32,000 nt of DNA from Candidatus Saccharimonadota bacterium (GTDB lineage: Archaea > Nanohalarchaeota > Nanosalinia > Nanosalinales > Nanosalinaceae). Of this stretch, positions 17,840 through 27,206 are shown in pieces. The notes below the pieces were generated by a model. It was not told the origin of the DNA, searched no databases, and worked only from the letters and a program-made list of their open reading frames with translations. The stretch spans positions 600,001 to 632,000 of the forward strand of contig NZ_CP107255.1 of the NCBI RefSeq assembly GCF_029232205.1, given 5' to 3'. Numbering within the stretch: position 1 is the stretch's first letter; each line of letters starts with the position of its first letter. The translations under genes and the position numbers were made by a program.

Positions 17840-18385
17840 ATGATTGCAGGCCTGATTTTGAAGGATACTCCCGGCGTTGAATGTGGGCTGGCTTTTCTTG
17901 ATGATGAGCTGGAGACTTTCAGCGTTGAGAGCAATGATGAAATAATTGAATTAATCGATGAGAAAAACCCTGATATTCTTGCTGTTGATATCAGCGATGA
18001 GACAAGTTTGAAGGAGTTTAACAAGGGTGAGAGCGATGCTCGTGAGTCAGGCCATATTTTTACGCCTGTTTCTCATGAAGGTGAGAAGGTTAAGCGTTTT
18101 GAGGCCTTGAAGGCGGGTTGTCGTCAGGCTCTTGGCCAGGATTGTCCTGAGTTTATCCGTTTTGAGCCTCAGATTACTGCTGATGAGCTGGCGGTTCACG
18201 ACGATGATGGCCTGAGGTCTTTCGGCGTTGATACCGATGGTATTCATTCTGCTGATGAGTTTGATGCCGTTCTTGGCGCTATTACTGCTCGTTTCTATCA
18301 GCAGAATCAGTTTGAGGACATGGGTATTGTGGTTCCTCAGAACTTTGATGCTGACGGCGAATCAGAGGATTCGGAAAAAGCTTAA
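17840..18385 (+). CDS. Predicted RNase H-fold nuclease-like protein (DUF429/COG2410-like)
   Basis: N-terminal beta-strand pattern IAGLIL..ECGLAFLD, then PDILAVDIS, then C-terminal ADEFDAVLGAITARFY. The family call is tentative. Confidence 0.5.
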   Translation: MIAGLILKDTPGVECGLAFLDDELETFSVESNDEIIELIDEKNPDILAVDISDETSLKEFNKGESDARESGHIFTPVSHEGEKVKRFEALKAGCRQALGQDCPEFIRFEPQITADELAVHDDDGLRSFGVDTDGIHSADEFDAVLGAITARFYQQNQFEDMGIVVPQNFDADGESEDSEKA

Positions 18386-18424
18386 AAGAGTTTTATGAGC
18401 ATTGAGTAGATACAGGTAATTGTT

Positions 18425-18772
18425 ATGGGTATGGAAAAATTTTACAGGACGGTGCGCAGGAAGTTTGGCCTGAACAAGGAACAGATGAAAAACGAGCTTA
18501 AACAGGAAGTAACACATGAGCTACGGGCCGAATTTGATGAAGAGATTTCCTACATCGAGGCCGAGATGAAGGAGTACGAGCAGCTTGTTGCTGAAGTTAA
18601 TCACCTGCTTTCAGTTATGCGCAAGCAGAGGATTAAGGAAGGTTCCAACAGTAAAGGCCGTCAGATCAGAATGGATGATGTTGGAGACGACATGGCACCT
18701 CTGAAGTCCAAGCTTCAGGAACTGGAGAAGTCTATGGAAGATAGGCTTGAAAGGCAGAAAGCCCTTCAATAG
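18425..18772 (+). CDS. Hypothetical coiled-coil protein
   Basis: 115-aa charged heptad-like sequence that fills the gap before ftsY. No motif recognised. Confidence 0.45.
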   Translation: MGMEKFYRTVRRKFGLNKEQMKNELKQEVTHELRAEFDEEISYIEAEMKEYEQLVAEVNHLLSVMRKQRIKEGSNSKGRQIRMDDVGDDMAPLKSKLQELEKSMEDRLERQKALQ

Positions 18773-18829
18773 GAAAATAACCACATTTTTCTTTCAAATT
18801 AAAAATTGTGAGGTTAGAGGCCTCTTTCT

Positions 18830-19714
18830 TTACTCGAGGATTTCCTCTACGAATTCTTCTTTATCGAACTCCCTGATATCTTCATAGCCCTGGCCTGTGC
18901 CAAGGAATGCTACCGGTTTACCTGATCTCTCGCTTATCGAGATAATTGCTCCGCCGTTTTCATCTACATCCATCTTTGTAACAATAACTGCGTCGAACAT
19001 GTCTTCATAGGCCTCTGCCTGTTCAAGTACGTCGTTTCCTGCGAGTGCGTCTACGACCAGGAATGTGATGTCTGGTTCGTTGACTCTTATCATTTTGTCC
19101 AGTTCGTTCATCAGGTTCTGGTCCGCGTGGCTTCTTCCCGCAGTATCGACCAGTGCTACTTTGCCTTCATTTTTGGCGTGTTCAACAGTGTCATATCCTA
19201 CTGCAGCTGGATCTGACTCGTACTCGTGGCTGATTACCTTGACGTCGAGGTTTTCTCCGTGCTCTTCCAACTGTTCGATGGATGCTGCTCTGAATGTGTC
19301 GCCGGCGCCCATTACTACTCCTCGATCTTTGAGTTTTGAGGCCATTTTTGCCACACTTGTTGTCTTTCCAGAGCCGTTAAACCCTATGAAGAATACTACA
19401 GGAGGTTCATCTGCTTCATCAAGTTTTTCTTCAAAGTTGAAGCTGTCATCAAGCAGTTCAAGGAGTACTTCTTCGACTGCGTTGTCTACTGTTTCCTGTA
19501 CTTTTCCTCGGCCGACTTCCTGGCCCAGAAGCTTTTCTCGGAGTTCTTCTTCTATGGCCTCTGCTGCCTCCAGAGATACATTGCTTTGGAGCAGTTTCAG
19601 TCTGAGCTCTTCAAGTAGTGGGTTGAGTGTGTCTTCGTCTAGTTCTTTTTCCGCTACCTTGCTCTTTACGCTGGATGAGAAGTCTTTTACTGAGTCCTTG
19701 AACTTTTCTAGCAT
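18830..19714 (-). CDS. ftsY: SRP receptor FtsY
   Basis: FIGFNGSGKTTSVAKMA, GDTFRAASIEQL and DTAGRSH. It has the conserved position downstream of pfdA. Confidence 0.95.
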   Translation of the reverse strand: MLEKFKDSVKDFSSSVKSKVAEKELDEDTLNPLLEELRLKLLQSNVSLEAAEAIEEELREKLLGQEVGRGKVQETVDNAVEEVLLELLDDSFNFEEKLDEADEPPVVFFIGFNGSGKTTSVAKMASKLKDRGVVMGAGDTFRAASIEQLEEHGENLDVKVISHEYESDPAAVGYDTVEHAKNEGKVALVDTAGRSHADQNLMNELDKMIRVNEPDITFLVVDALAGNDVLEQAEAYEDMFDAVIVTKMDVDENGGAIISISERSGKPVAFLGTGQGYEDIREFDKEEFVEEILE

Positions 19715-19738
19715 AATAAGTTCTAGTTGTTATCCAAA

Positions 19739-19748
19739 GAATAAAATT
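19739..19748 (-). promoter_or_regulatory. TATA-box-like element for ftsY
   Basis: The minus strand reads AATTTTATTC, centred ~29 nt upstream of the ATG at 19714. Confidence 0.4.
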
Positions 19749-19800
19749 AGGTTGGAAATTCTGTGAGTAATAGAAATGAGAAAGGATATGTGAGGAAGAT

Positions 19801-20217
19801 TTATTCTTCCTGCTGGGCCTGTTGCTGCTGTTGCTGAAGCTGCATCTGGATCTGCTGGAGCTGCTGTTGAACCTGCTGTAGGTTCTGTTCTAGCTGGCTC
19901 TGAGTTTCTTCCAGATTGTCCTGTTTCTCTTCAAGTGCTTCGACTGCGCCTTCACGGTCTTTTTCCTGGTGTGTTCCACCGCCGATGTTGACCATTACTT
20001 TTTCTGTGTCTTTGAGTTCGGCCTTCACGTAGGCTGCTTCTCCTACAGGTGCAAGGATTTCGCTTCCTTCTTCTGCGTCTTCAAGGCCTTTTACTCCTTC
20101 GATGCTCTGTTTGATTTCCTCTGTCTTTTCTTCTACTTCTTCCATGTAGTCCTGGATTTGCTCCATCTGTTGCTGTAGCTGCTGGTACTTCTGCATCTGT
20201 TCTTGTTGGTTTGACAT
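19801..20217 (-). CDS. pfdA: Prefoldin alpha subunit
   Basis: 138 aa. Two coiled-coil arms flank the double beta-hairpin core ILAPVGEAAYVKAELKDTEKVMVNIGGG. Conserved rplX-pfdA-ftsY order. Confidence 0.85.
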   Translation of the reverse strand: MSNQQEQMQKYQQLQQQMEQIQDYMEEVEEKTEEIKQSIEGVKGLEDAEEGSEILAPVGEAAYVKAELKDTEKVMVNIGGGTHQEKDREGAVEALEEKQDNLEETQSQLEQNLQQVQQQLQQIQMQLQQQQQQAQQEE

Positions 20218-20226
20218 AGTATCTCT

Positions 20227-20406
20227 TTACTCCTGTTCGGAAACGTCTTCAATTGTGATTTTTGATCTTGGGATAGAATGTTCGCTGCCGAGTTCTGCGT
20301 AAAGCTTCTCTTCAGCGTGGTTCTCGGACTCTGCATCGACTTCTCTCTCAAAGCCGTGGGTGCTTCGTCCCAGATTAATTTCTCCTGAAAATGTGTATAC
20401 AGTCAT
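20227..20406 (-). CDS. rplX: 50S ribosomal protein LX (eL20/L18Ae family)
   Basis: Hand-translated 59-aa ORF, below the track cutoff: MTVYTFSGEINLGRSTHGFEREVDAESENHAEEKLYAELGSEHSIPRSKITIEDVSEQE. This matches the LX pattern (Y.v.G.......F..ev.A.....A.E..Y...GS.H......I.I). Located 9 nt upstream of pfdA. Confidence 0.8.
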   Translation of the reverse strand: MTVYTFSGEINLGRSTHGFEREVDAESENHAEEKLYAELGSEHSIPRSKITIEDVSEQE

Positions 20407-20429
20407 ACAAAAGGTAGAAACCGACGAAC

Positions 20430-20437
20430 TTTTTAAA
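20430..20437 (-). promoter_or_regulatory. TATA-box-like element for rplX-pfdA
   Basis: The minus strand reads TTTAAAAA, centred ~27 nt upstream of the hand-called rplX ATG at 20406. Confidence 0.45.
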
Positions 20438-20518
20438 CCTAATATTGTGCAGTAGATTTCCTATCACATACCAGGTAACTCCAGTACCTTTTAGTAAAGG
20501 CCTGAATTTTTTACTGTT

Positions 20519-21943
20519 ATGAGGCCTGAGGTATTTTCAGAGCGTTCTAAAATTTTTTGTCTTTCGGCCTCTGTCCTGGCATGTTTTACTTTGTTTTTGG
20601 GCTTTTATGGTGTTTCGGAGCCAAATATTTCTTTTCAATCTCCGGATGATGGCCTGAGTTCTTCAGGAAGTACCGTGGGTTCTCTTGAGTCGGTGTCTTC
20701 AGATTCTGTAGAGCTTGAGAAAGGTCTTCGGGCGTATTACAGGTTTGATGATGCAGAGAATTCTGCAGGGTATTATTTCTCGGATAAGGCTGGTGGCGGT
20801 TTTGAGGCCGAGTTCGGGGATTCTAGTAGAGGCCTTATTGATTTTGATACTTCTGGTTACTGGAGGCCTGGAAGAGTTGGGGATTATTCTTTACGTTTTA
20901 ATGAGTCGAGGGATACGGAGGTTACTTTCGGTTTGAGTAGTGAGAGCAGGGATTCTCTGAATTCTGGTTCTTTTGCTGTTAGTTACTGGTTGAAGCCTGA
21001 GTCGACAACAGCCCGTCGTTGGGCTAATTATATGATGTTTTCTGGGTCTTCTTCCAGGGTTGAGATAATGGATCCTAGTGTTGATTGGGGCGGTATTGAG
21101 ACGCTTGCAGTTTTCTGGGAGAAGAGTGATGGTTCTGAGGTACGTGTTAATTCCACCTCAGATGCTACGGAGCTGGATCCTGGCGAGTGGAATAATGTTC
21201 TGTTTCAGTACGATGGCCAGGAGTTTGAGTTGTGGATTAACGGGGAGCTTGCAGAATCTAATAGTGTTTCAACTAGTTTAGAACCTGTTGATAGTCCTTT
21301 GGTGGCTTCAGGAGATAATATTACCTGGGGCCTTGACAATCTTGCTATCTACAATCGGAGTTTTTCCGGAAAAGAGGTCAGGGCCTTGAGCAACTTGACA
21401 GATAATTTCAGGAAGACTGATGAGTGGCGTTTTGAGGCTGGTTCTGGTTCTAAAGTGTATAACAGCGCTAATCTTGACAGGAAAGGTGTTCTGGATGCTG
21501 ATTCTGTTGTTCTGGACAATAATACCAATATTTCAGTTAATGGTTCTGTTCTTGATACGGGCCAGAACTTTACTATTTCTTTCTGGCTGAAGTCGGAGTA
21601 TAACGAGGTGAATGTTCTTTCAGGCCTTGATAGCGGTGTTTTCGTGGATATTGATGATGGTTTAAGCTGCGGTACTTATTCTGGGGCCGATATTGACAGT
21701 GTCGGTGGTACGAGGTTTTTCGAGAATAAGTGGAATCATGTCTCTCTGGTTCGTGATGACAGCGAGTTTACCTGCACGGTTAACGGAGAACGGTTGGGAA
21801 GCATGCAGTCCGCTGATATCAGTTCTGAGGCCTTTGTATTTGGTGGAAATATCAGTGGTTCGAGGAGTTTCAACATAGATGAGCTTAGATTGTATAATAG
21901 AAGTCTGACAGCATCGAATGTGGAGAGCCTGGGGTTTCGGTAG
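20519..21943 (+). CDS. N-terminally anchored double LamG (concanavalin-A-like lectin) domain surface protein
   Basis: TM/signal FCLSASVLACFTLFLGFYG. Two LamG_3-type modules each end in the hallmark LAIYNRSFSGKEVRAL or ELRLYNRSLTASNVESL. W-x-H/N-V core strands are present. Confidence 0.8.
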   Translation: MRPEVFSERSKIFCLSASVLACFTLFLGFYGVSEPNISFQSPDDGLSSSGSTVGSLESVSSDSVELEKGLRAYYRFDDAENSAGYYFSDKAGGGFEAEFGDSSRGLIDFDTSGYWRPGRVGDYSLRFNESRDTEVTFGLSSESRDSLNSGSFAVSYWLKPESTTARRWANYMMFSGSSSRVEIMDPSVDWGGIETLAVFWEKSDGSEVRVNSTSDATELDPGEWNNVLFQYDGQEFELWINGELAESNSVSTSLEPVDSPLVASGDNITWGLDNLAIYNRSFSGKEVRALSNLTDNFRKTDEWRFEAGSGSKVYNSANLDRKGVLDADSVVLDNNTNISVNGSVLDTGQNFTISFWLKSEYNEVNVLSGLDSGVFVDIDDGLSCGTYSGADIDSVGGTRFFENKWNHVSLVRDDSEFTCTVNGERLGSMQSADISSEAFVFGGNISGSRSFNIDELRLYNRSLTASNVESLGFR

Positions 21944-22474
21944 TTAGAGGCCTTTGATTTTGTCAAGTACTTTGAATTTTCTGTGGAATGCGTGCATTTC
22001 TTCTCGGGCTATTTCTCCGTATCCGAGGTAGCTTTCTACGTTGCTCAGTGATTTGATCGTGTTCATGTCTATTTCTTCGCTGTCTTGTTTGAGGGCCTGA
22101 AGTTTTTCGTTGAGCTCTTCTACTCTTTCATCGTCGTCGACTGCTTCTTTTATCCTGATCATTTCGTTGGCGGCCTGTCCCAGTCTTTTATCCCATTTTT
22201 CGAGGTCCTGTGTTAGATTATTCTGTAGTTCTGATGCGAAGCTGTTCAGTTTCTGAATGTTTTCTTCCTCTACTTTAACCGTTGTCTCGCCGTTCTTTCT
22301 TTCTACTGTGAGCAGGCCTTCGTTGGCGAGTTCTTTCATCCAGTTGCGGCCTCTCTGCCTGTTTACACCGATTGAATTGCATAATTCTTCTAGTTGTGCT
22401 GGTGATTCTTTGAAGGCCTTTCTGAAGAATGTGCTTACTCCGGGATCTGTCAGGAGTTTTTCTTTTCTGCTCAC
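21944..22474 (-). CDS. Winged-helix DNA-binding protein with C-terminal coiled coil
   Basis: wHTH-like segment LEELCNSIGVNRQRGRNWMKELANEGLLTVERKNGETTVKV followed by a helical acidic region. Confidence 0.55.
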   Translation of the reverse strand: MSRKEKLLTDPGVSTFFRKAFKESPAQLEELCNSIGVNRQRGRNWMKELANEGLLTVERKNGETTVKVEEENIQKLNSFASELQNNLTQDLEKWDKRLGQAANEMIRIKEAVDDDERVEELNEKLQALKQDSEEIDMNTIKSLSNVESYLGYGEIAREEMHAFHRKFKVLDKIKGL

Positions 22475-22502
22475 AGGTAGTTTTTAACTTGTCTCGATTT
22501 AA

Positions 22503-23408
22503 ATGAATTTCATGGTATTTGTCTTCCTGTCTCACGCCCTGACTTTCGGAATGCTTTTCGTGGCCTCGCTTTTTGACCTGGATACTACTGATGTTCCTGA
22601 TGTTTTCTGTGCCACAGCAGTCCTCGGAGGTTTAGGCCTTCATTTCTTGGCGTCGAGGCCTCTTCAGATCGGTATTATATCGGGTTTTGTTTCTGAGAAT
22701 GGTTTTCTGGCACTGGCCTCGCTGGAAGGAATCGGTGCTTTGATGGCTGGCATTGGCGATCCCCTGGCTTATTCTATTGGTGTTGGCCTTATTTTCTCTG
22801 TTATTGGCTGGGGTGCTTACTTGAGAGGTATGTGGGGCGGTGCTGATGCATTTGCTATGAGTGCTCTTGGTTTTGGCGCTCCTTTCGTCGGCTCAGCTAC
22901 GTTAATCGATCCCCTGAATCTTTTCGTGAATATTACACTAGCTGGATTTATCTACATCATGGTTTATACCCTGTACAGGAGTTTTCAGCACCCTGAGGTT
23001 TGGAGAAAGTCTTATAATCGTATAATTGAAGATAGAATGCGTATAGGCCTTGAGTTGGCTGCTCTAGCTGTTTTCTCTATTATTGCTTTCCGGGCTGGTA
23101 TGCCTGTTGTGCCTTTTTCGAGTCTTCTGGGTTTCATGATCTTCCTCACTCGTTTCCTTGAGGTTGTTCAGGATGAGGCCTTTTACCGTGTTGTTGATGC
23201 CGATGATCTGGAGGTTGGAGAGGTTGCTGCTCCAGGTCAGGGATTTGGAGATAAGATTGTCGGCTTGACTGAAGAAGATATAGAGAATTTTGAGGGAGAA
23301 GAGCTTGAGGTCCGGGAAGGAGTTCCTTTCATGCCGGTCTTTGTCCTGGCCCTTGTCTTGACCGATGTCTTCGGTGCTGGCTTCCTTCTTTTCTCAGCGG
23401 TTTTCTGA
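22503..23408 (+). CDS. Archaeal prepilin/preflagellin (class III signal) peptidase, A24 family
   Basis: Polytopic membrane protein with two catalytic Asp contexts, FDLDTTDVPD and MWGGADAFAMSALG, plus a soluble insertion and C-terminal domain as in FlaK/PibD-type enzymes. Confidence 0.8.
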   Translation: MNFMVFVFLSHALTFGMLFVASLFDLDTTDVPDVFCATAVLGGLGLHFLASRPLQIGIISGFVSENGFLALASLEGIGALMAGIGDPLAYSIGVGLIFSVIGWGAYLRGMWGGADAFAMSALGFGAPFVGSATLIDPLNLFVNITLAGFIYIMVYTLYRSFQHPEVWRKSYNRIIEDRMRIGLELAALAVFSIIAFRAGMPVVPFSSLLGFMIFLTRFLEVVQDEAFYRVVDADDLEVGEVAAPGQGFGDKIVGLTEEDIENFEGEELEVREGVPFMPVFVLALVLTDVFGAGFLLFSAVF

Positions 23409-23990
23409 GATATCTTTGTAGGCCTTCTTGATTTCTCTTTCCAGGACGTGAGCTTCTTCCTCGATTTCTGCGTAGTTGAACCATGTTATCCACATTACGA
23501 GAACTAGTGCTGTGAGACCCCATTTCCAGAGGAATCCGTGGATTACTCCGAAGGATATTATTCCTGCTTCTGCGAGGTATATTGTGGATACTACTCTGAC
23601 GATGTTTGCCAGGTAGATGAGGATTATTCCACCGAATACGTATTTGAGGTGGTTTCTGAATTTTGCTGATCCTGCGAATACGAGGCCTGTGAACATGGCC
23701 ATTGATTTCCATCCCAGGCAGTCCTGTGTTATGTAGTATCGGGCTTTTTCGCTGATGAGGTATATTCCCTCTTGTTGGAGGTTGAGGCCTATTGTGGATA
23801 GTACTGCGTCGACCTGTTGGGCGAGCGCGATCTGTAGTGTGGTTGTATCCGGGTAGATGTTGAGTATGAGGTGGAATACTGCTCCTGCGGCCAGGAGTTT
23901 TATCATGAATAGAAGTGTCTTGTTGAGTTTTTCCTGGCGTTCTGTTAGGTCTGCTGTGGTGAACACGTTATCTTGACTCGCGGTATTCAT
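23394..23990 (-). CDS. Archaeosortase/exosortase-family membrane protein (small subtype)
   Basis: Polytopic protein with a Cys motif (ITQDCLGWKSM), an Arg motif (LANIVRVV) and a His motif (VIHGFLWKWG) in the order typical of exosortase/archaeosortase transpeptidases. Confidence 0.65.
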   Translation of the reverse strand: MNTASQDNVFTTADLTERQEKLNKTLLFMIKLLAAGAVFHLILNIYPDTTTLQIALAQQVDAVLSTIGLNLQQEGIYLISEKARYYITQDCLGWKSMAMFTGLVFAGSAKFRNHLKYVFGGIILIYLANIVRVVSTIYLAEAGIISFGVIHGFLWKWGLTALVLVMWITWFNYAEIEEEAHVLEREIKKAYKDISENR

Positions 23991-25002
23991 CTATTACTTT
24001 TCGGAAGTTTTTAGCTTTAGGAAATTCTTCGACAACCGCGTATCTTTCGAGTTCTACGGCCTCAACTTCTTCTACATGTCTTATATTGAATCCTCGGGCC
24101 TCCAGTTTCTCTTTGAGTTCTTCTGATCTTGTGAGGGATTTGTCCGGTACCTGGTCTGTTCTGTGGGTTACTATCTCTATGAGTTCTCCGCCGTTTGAAA
24201 GTTTTTTCAGGGCCTTTTTGTATTGTTCTTCTCGTATCTCTGTTTTTTCCAGTTTTTCTTCAAGTTCCTGTATTCTGGAGTTTTTCTTTTTGAGTTTGGC
24301 CTCTCTTTTGGTTATTTCTTGTTCTTTGAGGACTTCCTGCCGGTCTTCTTCCTTTATTTTGTCAACTTTGCCGCGGAGTCTGTCGTTTTCGGCCTCCATT
24401 TCTCCCATTTCCGATTTGAGTTCGTTTACCTGTTCTTCCAGATTCTGGATTTTGGCCTCCATTCTCTCCTTTTCCGGATCCACTTCTTCTTTTTCAGGCC
24501 TTGATTCCTCCACGTTTATTTTCTGTGGTTCCTGTTCCTGTTCTTCTTTGTTTTCCTGGTTTTGTTGTCGTATTGGCTGGTTTGAGAAGTATCTGTCGGC
24601 TATTACTGTTTTTTCTTCTTCGAGTTCGTTGGAGAATTTCTCTATTTTTCTTATTTCTCTCTGCATGTTGTTGTAGGCGTTGATTGCTGAGGCCGCTGCG
24701 TCTATTTCGTGCGAGTTTTCTCCGTGGCCCAGTTCTTTCTTTTTGTCTTGTTCCAGGTCTCTGTCTGGTACGTATGTTTCTGCTCCGAGCGATGATGCTA
24801 TTTTGTCTACTTTGGAGGGCATTTTGGCTTTGTCGGAGGTGACTACTATGGGTTTACCTGTCTCTATTATTTTTTCGATTATCTGGCTTGGCGGGAAGTT
24901 TTTGGATGAGTGTAGAAGTTTTATTTCGCCTTGTAGGTTGATGGCTGCTACTGCGGATGTGCTTCCGGGATCTATTCCTATTATCAGTGGTTTTTTACTC
25001 AT
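23968..25002 (-). CDS. DUF460/COG2433 protein (RuvC/RNase H-fold N-domain + long coiled coil)
   Basis: LIIGIDPGSTSAVAAINLQG and GKPIVVTSDKAKMPSKVDKIAS match the DUF460 N-domain. The central Glu/Lys-rich coiled coil is also typical. It overlaps the hef stop by 8 nt. Confidence 0.8.
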   Translation of the reverse strand: MSKKPLIIGIDPGSTSAVAAINLQGEIKLLHSSKNFPPSQIIEKIIETGKPIVVTSDKAKMPSKVDKIASSLGAETYVPDRDLEQDKKKELGHGENSHEIDAAASAINAYNNMQREIRKIEKFSNELEEEKTVIADRYFSNQPIRQQNQENKEEQEQEPQKINVEESRPEKEEVDPEKERMEAKIQNLEEQVNELKSEMGEMEAENDRLRGKVDKIKEEDRQEVLKEQEITKREAKLKKKNSRIQELEEKLEKTEIREEQYKKALKKLSNGGELIEIVTHRTDQVPDKSLTRSEELKEKLEARGFNIRHVEEVEAVELERYAVVEEFPKAKNFRKVIDEYRESR

Positions 25003-27169
25003 AGCTCTGTGAGATCATTTTGCGGATGGATTCGGCTTTTTTATCGCCTATGCCTTCGACTTGTTTAAGTTCTTCTTCCGAAGCGGTAAATATTTTCTGT
25101 ATGGATTCGAATTCTTTGAGAAGTCTTTCCGCGATTTTTGTGTTGACTCCGGGTAGGCCTGCTACTACGAACTGCATTCTTTCTTTCCGGCTTTTTCCTT
25201 CGCTGGTTCCTCTTACTGCTACGTCTTTTTCTTTGTCTTCCTGTTCTCTGCGGGCCATTGATTCCAGCATTTCTGCCGTGTCTTTTTCGTTTTCTGTCCA
25301 CACAATTGGCATTCCGTAGTCGAGTGCTACTGAGGCCATTGCTCCTCTGATTGCGTCTGGGTCGACGTCTCTGTGGTTGTAGAGGTTGCGGCCTTCGATT
25401 ACTATCATTGGGTTAGCGAACTGTTGGAGTTCCTGTATCTGGTCGAATAGTCTCTGGTCGATCATTGAGTCGACGAAGTCTTCGGCCTTTTTTCTTTCTA
25501 TGGCCGTATCCTCAGATATGAGGAAGTCTGCTACATCCAGTCTCTGTTTGTCGACTTCAATATTTTTTCTGGAGAGTTCCTTGGCTATCGAGTTTTCTCT
25601 GTCGTCCGCTATCACTTTTACGTTATCCGTGTCTTCTTCATCGTCATCGAGTTTGGTTACTTTGGATTCATCATTATAGTTCTGCAGTGTCTGCTGTTCC
25701 TGGCCCAGATCCTCGTTTTTAAGTTGCTGGAGGACTTTGTTCATGTTTTTCTTTTTGTGATGTGCGCTCCAGTAGTATCCTTCATCTCGAGTGTTTTCTG
25801 CGATGAGTACGTGGACTTCTCCTGATTCCTGGCGGCCTGTTCTTCCTGCTCTCTGTATGCTTCTGATTGCGGAGGGTACTGGTTCGTAGAAGATTACCTT
25901 GTCGACTGCTGGTATGTCGAGGCCTTCTTCTCCGATGCTTGTTGAGACTACTGCGTTGTATTTGCCGGCTTCGAATTCTTCCAGTGTTTCTATTTGCTGT
26001 GTCTGGCTCATTCCTTCGTCGCCTTGCTGGCCGATGAATTTTGTTGCGTTGTGGCCTTCTTCACTCAGTCTTTCTACTATTTTTTCGGTGGAGTTTCTGT
26101 ATTCTGTGAAGATCAGTGCTTTTTCGTCTTTTCCGAGGTCTTCTAGCATGTTGACAAGTTTTTCGACTTTTGGGTGTTCTTCCTCTTTTTTCATGAGGTA
26201 CTCTACCATGGCCTTGGCTTTCTGGAAGTCGTCGTCGGCGAGTGCTCTTCCTGCGGCCTTGGAGTCGTCGTTTTCGAGGCCTTTGATGTATTCGTAGCAC
26301 TGTGATACGCCCTGTGTTTCGAGGAGTTCTATTGCCTGTGATATTTTGAGGGCTGTTGCTACGTGGCTGATTGCTGCGTATAGTTCTGAGTCATCGCTTT
26401 GTGATAGTTTGGAGCTGATTTTTCCTCTGAGGTTGAGAAGGTCTGTTTTCCGGACGTTGCTGATGGAGGAGATCTGGCCCATGTTCTTGAGTTTTTTGAG
26501 TTGTGTTCTGTATGCGTCCTCCATCTTGTTTTTTGCGTTTTCGAATCTGTTGTTGAGTTCGACTTTGGTCCAGTTGACTTCTTTTTCTTGTATGTATGGT
26601 TCTACGTCCGGGTCGTCTTCTGTGCGGACTTCGAAGTTGTTGATTTCCAGGTTTTCTGCTACATCCATGATTTTTTCTTTGCTTCCTCCTGGAGATGCTG
26701 TTAGTGCAAGTCTCTGGCACCGCATTTTTTCGCTGATGAAGTTGTATGAGTAGTCTCCTGTTGCTCTGTGAGCCTCGTCGAATATTACGAGTGAGAAGTC
26801 TTCTACTGGTACTTCGTTTGCGATCAGATCATTTTCCACTACCTGTGGTGTTCCGAAGAAGATGTTTTTTTCTTTCCAGAGTTCGTATCTTTTGTCTGGT
26901 CTTGTGCTTCCTGTCATTACCTGCATGTCGACTTCTGGTAGTTGGATGAGGTCTTTGAATGTGGATAGGTGTTGTTCTACTAGTGGTCTTGTTGGGGCCA
27001 TGAAGAGGACTTTGCCTTCCTGGAGTTTCATGGATGCTACCATTGCGGCGATTACTGTTTTTCCGAGGCCTGTGGGTAGGACGACTAGTGTGTTTCTGTC
27101 TTTGGCGGAGGCCGCGATTACTTCTTGGTATGTTCTGGATTCGAGTTTTTCCTGGTTTAGAAGTTTCAC
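24995..27169 (-). CDS. hef: Hef (helicase-associated endonuclease for fork-structured DNA; XPF/FANCM-like)
   Basis: SF2 helicase motifs VLPTGLGKTVIA, IFDEAHRATG, TSIGEEGLDIP and RAGRTGR. ERCC4 nuclease VADFLISEDTAIERKKAEDF. C-terminal tandem HhH (LPGVNTKIAERLL, VEGIGDKKAESI). Confidence 0.92.
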   Translation of the reverse strand: MKLLNQEKLESRTYQEVIAASAKDRNTLVVLPTGLGKTVIAAMVASMKLQEGKVLFMAPTRPLVEQHLSTFKDLIQLPEVDMQVMTGSTRPDKRYELWKEKNIFFGTPQVVENDLIANEVPVEDFSLVIFDEAHRATGDYSYNFISEKMRCQRLALTASPGGSKEKIMDVAENLEINNFEVRTEDDPDVEPYIQEKEVNWTKVELNNRFENAKNKMEDAYRTQLKKLKNMGQISSISNVRKTDLLNLRGKISSKLSQSDDSELYAAISHVATALKISQAIELLETQGVSQCYEYIKGLENDDSKAAGRALADDDFQKAKAMVEYLMKKEEEHPKVEKLVNMLEDLGKDEKALIFTEYRNSTEKIVERLSEEGHNATKFIGQQGDEGMSQTQQIETLEEFEAGKYNAVVSTSIGEEGLDIPAVDKVIFYEPVPSAIRSIQRAGRTGRQESGEVHVLIAENTRDEGYYWSAHHKKKNMNKVLQQLKNEDLGQEQQTLQNYNDESKVTKLDDDEEDTDNVKVIADDRENSIAKELSRKNIEVDKQRLDVADFLISEDTAIERKKAEDFVDSMIDQRLFDQIQELQQFANPMIVIEGRNLYNHRDVDPDAIRGAMASVALDYGMPIVWTENEKDTAEMLESMARREQEDKEKDVAVRGTSEGKSRKERMQFVVAGLPGVNTKIAERLLKEFESIQKIFTASEEELKQVEGIGDKKAESIRKMISQSYE

Positions 27170-27206
27170 AGTTGGTTATTGGACCTGAAATTATAAACCG
27201 GTTTGT

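Noticed and set aside
17314-18024. 236-aa minus-strand ORF
   Set aside because: It is antisense to two better-supported plus-strand genes (the alpha/beta-hydrolase-fold protein and the RNase H-fold-like protein). Its Ser/Leu/Ile/Lys-rich low-complexity translation is what the reverse complement of acidic GAA/GAG-rich genes gives.
19065-19766. 233-aa plus-strand ORF
   Set aside because: It is a Ser-rich shadow ORF antisense to the clearly recognisable ftsY.
19801-20217. CAG/CTG-rich repeats encoding Gln-rich termini of prefoldin alpha (QQQQQQAQQEE)
   Set aside because: They are consistent with the coiled-coil arms of prefoldin and a compositional quirk. I found no evidence of a separate repeat element.
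23329-23712. Same-strand out-of-frame basic ORFs, such as 23329-23712, 26391-26720, 27166-27573, 11030-11311 and 4474-4818
   Set aside because: Their Arg/Lys/Gln/Pro/Thr-rich translations arise automatically when GAA/GAG/GAT-rich acidic genes are read one base out of frame. Each lies entirely within a gene that has recognisable motifs.
24086-24676. 196-aa plus-strand ORF, together with overlapping plus-strand ORFs at 24223-24504 and 24501-24683
   Set aside because: They are antisense to the Glu/Lys coiled coil of the DUF460 gene. The Ser/Phe/Leu/Cys-rich translation has no motifs.
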